64,000 nucleotides of DNA from Trichoplax adhaerens (Eukaryota > Animalia > Placozoa). The notes under the pieces are model-generated. The model was not told where the DNA came from and searched no databases. It saw nothing but the letters and a program-made list of their open reading frames with translations. How positions within the stretch are numbered: position 1 is the stretch's first letter; each line of letters begins with the position of its first letter. A program made the translations under genes and the position numbers. Shown one piece after another: positions 51,236 through 64,000 of the stretch. The stretch spans positions 2,534,180-2,598,179 of the forward strand of contig NW_002060948.1 of the NCBI RefSeq assembly GCF_000150275.1, read 5' to 3'.

Positions 51236-52549
51236 ATGACCGTCATGAATGGTTTAGATCATAATAAATCTGAAACCAGAATGGTGAATACTGATATTAG
51301 AGACGATTACATTCTTGGTGATATAATTGGTCATGGTGGATTCTCGAAAGTATATGAAGCATATAAAATGCCACGTAATGAGCGATTCGCTATTAAATGC
51401 TATGCTAAAGCTATACTTAAAGATAAAAGGCACATTGTAGAAGAGGAAATTAACATTATGAAAAAATTACAACATCCTAACATTGTGCAGTACTTTGATT
51501 ATTACGAGAGTCAAAGGCATTATTACTTAGTACTGGAATATATTGATGGCGGAGAACTATTTGACCGAATCCTTTATAATGGACACTACTCGGAGAAAGA
51601 TTCCAATCGTTTAACCTTACAAATTTTGAGTGCTATCGATTATTTACATTCATTGAATATTGTTCATCGTGACTTGAAACCGGAGAATTTGCTTTGCTAC
51701 GGGACTGAAGATGATTCAAAAATTATGATAAGCGATTTTGGTTTGGCGGCAATTGATAGTGACTCAAATTTAACTGGCTTTTATGGATCTCCTAACTACT
51801 TGGCTCCAGAGATAGTAAAAAATGAGAAATATGGTAGGGCAGTGGACTTATGGTCTTTGGGAGTTATCGTGTTTACCCTCTTTAGTGGTGTCCTACCATT
51901 TGATGCTTCCAACAAAGATGACTTGTACAATAAGATCAAAAGAGGAGATTTCGATTTTAATTCTCCACGATGGAATACGACATCGAAAGATGCTAAAGAC
52001 TTTATCCGACAGCTATTACAGGTCGACCCAAAACAAAGGATATCATGTAAGCAGGCCCTTGTACATCGATGGCATTATAAAGCTGAATCAGTAGATATTC
52101 TACCGAACCAAGAATCGATTAAAAACTCAAAATGGAAATCGGCTGTTATCGCTACTACTGCTATTTATCGAATGAGAACCTGGGGTCTTGGCAAAAAACA
52201 AACGCCTGATACTGATAAGGTGTACAACGATAGCACAAATGATGATTCTGATAGTGAGATACTTAGTCATAGTCCTTTTTCAGCTGAAACTAGCGAAGGC
52301 ATTCGGAAAGTATTAAATAGGATATCAAGGCGTGATAATGACAATGGTAACAATTGCAATTCGTCAGATAAATCAAGTACCATTGATCCGGATTCACTTT
52401 CAGATTGTACTCTCAGTGATACAGAGCTGTCTACACCCGAATCAAGTGTTAGTGATGAAGAAGACGTCGATATTGCCGATGATGTCGATTTAATACGAAA
52501 TCCTACTAATCTAGAAGGGGTTTACGGGCCGAGGTTACTTGCTGTCTAA
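51236..52549 (+). CDS. CAMK1: CaMK1-family Ca2+/calmodulin-dependent protein kinase, coding region intronless (437 aa)
   Basis: IGHGGFSKV, FAIK, HRDLKPENLL, DSKIMISDFGLA, APE, YGRAVDLWSLGVI, and a CaM-binding-type helix SKWKSAVIATTAIYRMR, followed by an acidic Ser-rich tail. A splice acceptor (TTTGTAG, 51233) lies 2 nt before the ATG. Family is clear; exact orthology is not. Confidence 0.85.
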   Translation: MTVMNGLDHNKSETRMVNTDIRDDYILGDIIGHGGFSKVYEAYKMPRNERFAIKCYAKAILKDKRHIVEEEINIMKKLQHPNIVQYFDYYESQRHYYLVLEYIDGGELFDRILYNGHYSEKDSNRLTLQILSAIDYLHSLNIVHRDLKPENLLCYGTEDDSKIMISDFGLAAIDSDSNLTGFYGSPNYLAPEIVKNEKYGRAVDLWSLGVIVFTLFSGVLPFDASNKDDLYNKIKRGDFDFNSPRWNTTSKDAKDFIRQLLQVDPKQRISCKQALVHRWHYKAESVDILPNQESIKNSKWKSAVIATTAIYRMRTWGLGKKQTPDTDKVYNDSTNDDSDSEILSHSPFSAETSEGIRKVLNRISRRDNDNGNNCNSSDKSSTIDPDSLSDCTLSDTELSTPESSVSDEEDVDIADDVDLIRNPTNLEGVYGPRLLAV

Positions 52550-54562
52550 TTTCCTAATTTGTTAAATTTACGTTACTACGGCCTATGTATAGATGCTTAC
52601 CTTGACTGATTTCGTTTTCGCGATCACTTTAGCAAATTTTATTACCAAAGAGGATTTTATAAGTTTGATTTAAGTGTTGATATACAGTACGTATGAACTC
52701 TTGACGCTACAATATGTAGAAGTAATGAAATTTATTACGCAATGACAGCAATAGCAATACCTTTATAATTTGCTATCGATACTTTGTTTATCTATTGACG
52801 ATGTATATTACAAATTACTTTGCTTTCAATTGAATGTGATCTCTTTACGATTCATATTAGTAGAGATTGCTATTATCGATTTTTTAATTATTAAGTTATA
52901 ATTTGCTTATAATCACTAACAATATAATTTTCGAATTAACTTATCAAATACGATTCTAAATCAATTTTATCAAGCATCTTGATTTTATACTATGATCTGT
53001 TGGGCCAATAGTCAGATAGTAACTTTGCTGGCTTCACGATTTTACTTAAGCTAGAGAATTGAATAGCGTCTCTTTAATTCTACAAGATGAGTATGTACGA
53101 ATAATATCTTGATCATCCGAAGTTACGGATACGTATAGAAGAATTTGCATACTACATGACCTGTTGATACAAATGAGCAATTTTAATTTGTTTGAAATTT
53201 AATCAAACTTTTTTATCCTCCATATTAAGATATGGCAATACTTAAAGGATAACAATAAGCGATTGAGATGCATCAATTTTAAACTATTTACATCTATTTG
53301 ATTCTGTATTGATATAATATTGCAATAATGCCTGATACCTTCTATGCTACAATATAATTGTATAATAATAATACTATACCGTACTTACTATACATAGACA
53401 TATATACTTCATGTATCATATATATATATATGTAAAATATACGTATACATATTTTCCAAATACCTACTCTATGTAAGATTTACTACTGAAAATGATATGA
53501 AAGCTATGGGCATAATGCATATATATTTAATGATACAGCTATGATTTTGATGTTTAAAAATATGTAATATACGAGAGTTGCTAAGTACTCTTTTCTTTAA
53601 GTATACATAGTTAAGCTTAAAGTTGATTGCTAATTCTGTACCATACGTACTGTACATGATGTATGATAAATCTCAAGTTAACATAATAAAAGAAAATGCA
53701 ATACACATCTAACTTTTGGTTGTATTGACTTTAGCTTACGGTTAGTAACTGGCTAGTAACATCTGCACGATAATTTCTATAATTATAATTTAAGAATATA
53801 TAAGCGTAGTGAGACGCTACTGAATGAAATTTCGTTTACATGTTGGCCGAGCCTCAGACTTAATGTTGAGTAAGAAAGTATTTATTTTTTTTGTCTGTCG
53901 TTAGAAACAATGTTTTGAGGATGCAATATATACCCGGTCTAGAAGAGAATGAAGGGAAAACAAACTTGTTTATCACAACTAATAGAATATGATGGTCCAA
54001 CAACTACAGTAAAAGTGGATTTCAGCTAATAATAATAATAATATTATAACAATAACAATAACATGTTATGAATCTGGTTATCGAAAATAATTCTATAACA
54101 GGCAATCTATACCAGTACAGTTTAGTATATAATAGTACTAGTACTATACTGTAAAAATGTGCGAGCATCGTTTACTTGATTACTGTACTTTCTTACTTAC
54201 TTACTGTCACACACCACTAGTGACAAAGTAGTCTACACACGCCAATCCTTGCGGAGAACGCCACTTACTAACTTAAAGAGGCTAGATTAGTTATATCACC
54301 AAATAATTCAGTTCCAACGACTGAATACTATGGTATAATTATAGCGTCACAGATGATGTAGACGAGATAGTCAGAGATTTACTATCATTTATTACTGAAG
54401 GAATCTTGGCACCCAAGATTATAGTCTTTACAATTAAATATCAATTGATAAACTAGTTGACTATCCAACCGACTAACTAACTAAAAAGGAATCTTCACAG
54501 TACACTTCATCAGAGACAACAAAAAGCAAAGAAATTTAACCCACAACACCGGCATCATGGTG

Positions 54563-54608
54563 TGTACAGTACTGTGTACAGTACAGTACTGTACTGTATA
54601 CAGTACAC
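54563..54608. repeat. TAC(A/T)G pentamer cluster upstream of NAA38
   Basis: GTACAGTACTGTGTACAGTACAGTACTGTACTGTATACAGTACA. Confidence 0.8.
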
Positions 54609-55272
54609 GTAATGCTCTCAGCGGCTCAGTCCGAAAATATCGGATCGGATTTTTACGTATTATTTCGGATATCGGATATTTTCGCAGAACCCTGCTGACT
54701 GTGAGTACTCGTACTACAAAAAGACCTGGACCGATCACACCTTGGACGGACAGACATTTTTGACCTCAACTGGTCAAAATATTGTGCCAAACACCTCGTT
54801 ATGACAGTACTTTCGTATGGAGACAATCGATTTTAAATCGACTTATTTTTTCTAAACTAAGTAATATTACATTGAATCTTATTATCTGTTACTAAGTTCT
54901 TCTTGGAAACAGTGCTATAAGATCGTCGATGTTATTTAAATCAGTACCAATGATTTAGAAAACAGACACGGAAGATCCATACTAAGTAAACCATTTTTCG
55001 ATATTTTGAAGGCTTCATTGAGTAACAAACGTCCGTCTGTCTGAGAGAGAGTGATCAGTCCAGGTCTGCTTGTAGGTCCATGGTTTTACGGTACAGTACA
55101 GACCATAAAGACCTCGACTGGGTTACACTACTGTACTACTAGGTACGCGTGTATGTGGTAGTGTACACTACTGTACATGTTGTTTAAGCAGAGCTTGGAA
55201 AACTAACTTCTGTCTTGTACTAGAGATACTGGAGAAACGATCAAGGGAAGCCATATTTTAATCAACAGCTAG

Positions 55273-56000
55273 ACATTGCCAGAAGAGAATGAAGTGATGC
55301 TGGATAAATTATTAAATAAGTTATTACAAGTTCATCTCTCAGATGGACGCGTTGTTGTCGGTAATTTCATGTGTACCGATCGTGAACTGAACATTATCTT
55401 AGGACAATGCCAAGAATATTCTTCCGCACCAGGTATTGCTTGACGGTAGGATGTTGAGGTTGTCTTGATTTATTATTACTATATTACTGGACTCATTGCC
55501 AGTCAGAAGTTGCTACAGTAGTTATTCTTATTTTGAGGGTACAGTCATGGCGCTGTAAATTGCTATTAGGATGACCATGAGATAATGACCTATGAACTAT
55601 ATTACCCATAGCTTACGGCATATCAGAGTAAAAAATAGAATCTGATAGTCTTTATAAAATCACCTATAGTAAATGTAATACGCAATAGAGCATAACGCAA
55701 AGGACTTTTCGATAAAAAATGATTCCTCCAAAAATGGAAGAAAGAGAGAGATAGAAAATGGGCTTACAGTACAAACAATGATAGTGCATAGTACCGTATA
55801 GCATATGAAGATAATTGTTATCAATATTATTCTGTAGAATTAATATTGCATTGCCGTAATGAGTTGATGATTCTCTTTTCTTGATCATTGCCTGATGGCC
55901 GATAGATCCGGAATCAACGGAGCAACCACGAACGCTTGGGCTAGCTATGATCCCGGGAAAGCACGTTATCAAAATTCAAGTTGGTATCGATGTTGACTGA
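55273..56000 (+). CDS. NAA38: NatC auxiliary subunit NAA38/LSMD1 (Sm-like fold)
   Basis: Exon 55273-55432 TLPEENEVMLDKLLNKLLQVHLSDGRVVVGNFMCTDRELNIILGQCQEY and exon 55906-56000 DPESTEQPRTLGLAMIPGKHVIKIQV*. The start is uncertain: internal ATG 55297 or a short upstream exon near 54800. Confidence 0.88.
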
Positions 56001-57927
56001 ATGGAGATCGACTGTGTAAATTTGGCATTATTTCTGGCAGGATTTGATTGAGATTGAAAGGATCATGCGCGTATATGTATATTAATCATGTCCTGATTTT
56101 ACAAGTGCAATATAAAGATAAGGATTGAAAATTTGCAGTGTAGAGATTATAAATTAATGATGGTAGTTGTTGTTATTCCTAAAATTTTCATTAAGAACGT
56201 TATGTCCCAGTGACTTTAAGGAAAACTTAAACGACCACTGAATTGATAATAATCATGCACTAGATTATACGCTTTTGTGGCCTTTTTATATATGTATATT
56301 CGACTGTAAAATCAGAAGCGACTGTGTACTGGTTATTATTGGAGAATCCTGCTTTTTATGCTGAAGTACTAATGAATTTTACAAATATACTGTAAATACG
56401 GATATGCTTCTACTATTGGATATCATTTTCAACAGTTAATCAATCAAAAATTATATTCAATTTGTGAATTATATATTTACAACTAATAAATGACCATTGC
56501 AATTCTTCTTATATTCATCATTCGATGAGAAGCAATTAGACCAGTTTTGTAGTAATATTTACAGTGATTATATATTATTGTAAACCTTCTTGCTAACTAG
56601 ATTTAAGTGACTCAAGCGTAGTGTAAAATTAATTAGCTACTAAGATCGTCATCAATAATTTATCATAGTGCATAGCGTAGTTCAGCATGCACACCCTAAA
56701 TTGTACGACAGCATAATAATGTATGCGTATATGGTATAAATGTGTGAAGCCAAGTCTACCAAGATACGATAATAGTCATAGTAGTCGGAAATTGTTGCAA
56801 ACTGATTTACATTGGGTTATCGAAAAATGTTAATACTCCCCTTGTGAACCAGTCCTACAGCTTACTATCCTTTTAGCCATAAATTCGCCTGATCATATAG
56901 ACATTTGTTATTGACTCGTATAGGGCACTAATTTATGGTTTCAATGGCAATCACCTTGAGATCGGGTTGTATTTATTTGATAGTTAGCACTTAAAGTGTG
57001 AACTTTACAGTTTTTATATAAATTGGCTCTAGTTGATTACCAGTTTTTGACTCAAAGTTTAACTAATCACTTAAGTATAGTACTACATTAATTTCCATAT
57101 CTTTCGCTTTATATCTTTTATGCTTTCATGGAAACATTTATTTTTAATTTAATTCATAGCTATATTGATCATGAATACACTACAACTAACGTTCGATATC
57201 AATCATATACATTTTTCTTTAAACATTGTAATATATAGTAAAAAATTTACCTCCTTTGAATTTAATTCATGACTAAAATAGTACAAAAACTACCCTACCA
57301 ACTGTAAATAGCGGTCTTTGTTATCGGTATTACAAGCTAAGTTGATCATTTTTCTCGTTCAAGTAATAACCATCCGTTGGCATAAACTTTAGATAAGTTG
57401 TAGATATACTAGTACATAGCAAATTTGAGTAGCACTAGCACTACCTTACTAGCGCAATCTACCTTCCCTTTTATGGAGATTAGCCTTGGATGAATAGGCT
57501 GTAATTATGGTATACACATAATCATTAATCGCATATTATATAGGTTTATTGGGACAAAGAAATTGTCACAGAATCGTATTACAGCTTATACATTGTAACA
57601 AACTTAGTGAAGACAGCGACCAATATCACAACTTCGCCTACTTTATAATACATAAATTACAGTATAAGGTTGTAAAAGGCTATTAACAATCGAAAATGTT
57701 GCCATTCTATCCTTAATTTTAAATATGTAGTCCAAGTACAAATAAGACAATTTGTTTTAAACTAACAATAAAGCATAATAAATGTGAAATTATGGCCACA
57801 CATCTCTGTACACCAACAGTGCGGTTTGATGATTTTCCAAAATTTATAGACCTTTCAGATTTTTAACACTGTTATGAACGTTTAAATCATGATACATTAC
57901 ATTAGCTACAAGAGAGCAACACAATTG

Positions 57928-62909
<4,982 letters not shown>

Positions 62910-64000
62910 GCTGTTCCCCAACTACGATTTCCCTAATCAATTCTCAAGTGATGTCCTGTAGACTGATAGCTGCGTCTACCAACAACAGCACTGCTACAAT
63001 AGATAGTAGATTGCTTGACTTGAAAGCAATACCAATTAGTGATAAGAATCCCTTTAACAGCTGTAATTATAAATCAAAATCAATGGAGAAATTGCAGTCA
63101 ACGCTGGACGATTTATTAGTCTTGATGAGCTCCAAACGAACGCCACCATTGCACTGTCCGCTTGCAGTCTGCGTGGTCACTGCAATCCACTCCAGTCTAG
63201 TTCAGTAGGCTGCAGTACCGTGCTGAACTGATAGGATACAGTATGTGCAGTACTACATACCGCATACACTACCCCAACTCCTCTACACTCGTCTACAGTC
63301 CAGTAGTAGAGTGTACAGTCTACAGACTACAGTACAGACGTCTCTTCTGCCCACTTTATACTGTACTATACGACAGCAAACTGGTTGAGAATGTACAAAG
63401 GGATTGAAAAGTTGATCCTCAACAATTCCAAATCATGCCAATGGACGCCGTGGAAAGCTCGACTTTTTTGCAACCTTGTGCATGCTAAATTAGCCTAGTG
63501 TACACTGTAGTGGCTCTATAGAGGTTTCTTCTTCCCTCTATGAGTGGCTCAAACAAAACGGTACTTTAACTACTACAGTAAAAGTCATCGATCGCTAGAC
63601 AAGTCATGAGATTACAGTCGAGGATCCACGGGAAATACCACCTCATCCAAGTGGGATCCAAACCCAAAAAATAAGAATTCTATTGCTTTTCACGTGAGAA
63701 CTCCAGCAAGAAGGCATGTAGAAAGCCAACTGGAATAGTAGTAGTGGTAGTAGTAGTCAATCAAGGCGCTACTATAGTGTCGTGATATACTGTAGATAGT
63801 AATATTCACAGTATGCTGTTTCACAACTTGAAATATACTTGAAACTACTCCAACGATGTTGTAAATGAACGCGCATAGGGTTGCTAACCATCATGAATGA
63901 ATCCATTAATTCATTCTTAATCAACGTATCATGCATGAATCATGATAGACTGTAGCATTCGAACAAATACCGGTACAGGTGCTACCGGCGACTACTTAAC

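Overview
AT-rich eukaryotic DNA with many short introns and animal-type housekeeping genes. The compact, intron-dense style suggests a placozoan (Trichoplax-like) genome, which is an inference. Most ORF-track entries are exon fragments or spurious, so genes were assembled by hand from splice sites and reading frame. Eight protein-coding genes are supported: an unrecognised ~616-aa ubiquitin-like / 4-TM / armadillo-repeat protein (+), WRAP73 (-), XRN1 (-), NECAP (+), PRIM1 (+), an intronless CaMK1-like kinase (+), NAA38/LSMD1 (+) and WDR33 (-). The first ~10 kb has no confidently coding sequence. The main points of interest are four. (1) The UBL-4TM-ARM gene sits behind an RFX X-box plus CRE module, suggesting a ciliary membrane protein. 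(2) In-register mixed TACAG/TACTG arrays cluster at housekeeping-gene promoters and match iterated Tc1/mariner-type excision footprints. (3) The XRN1/NECAP divergent promoter carries layered tandem duplications. (4) PRIM1 has an AT-AC minor-spliceosome intron and XRN1 has a GC-AG intron.
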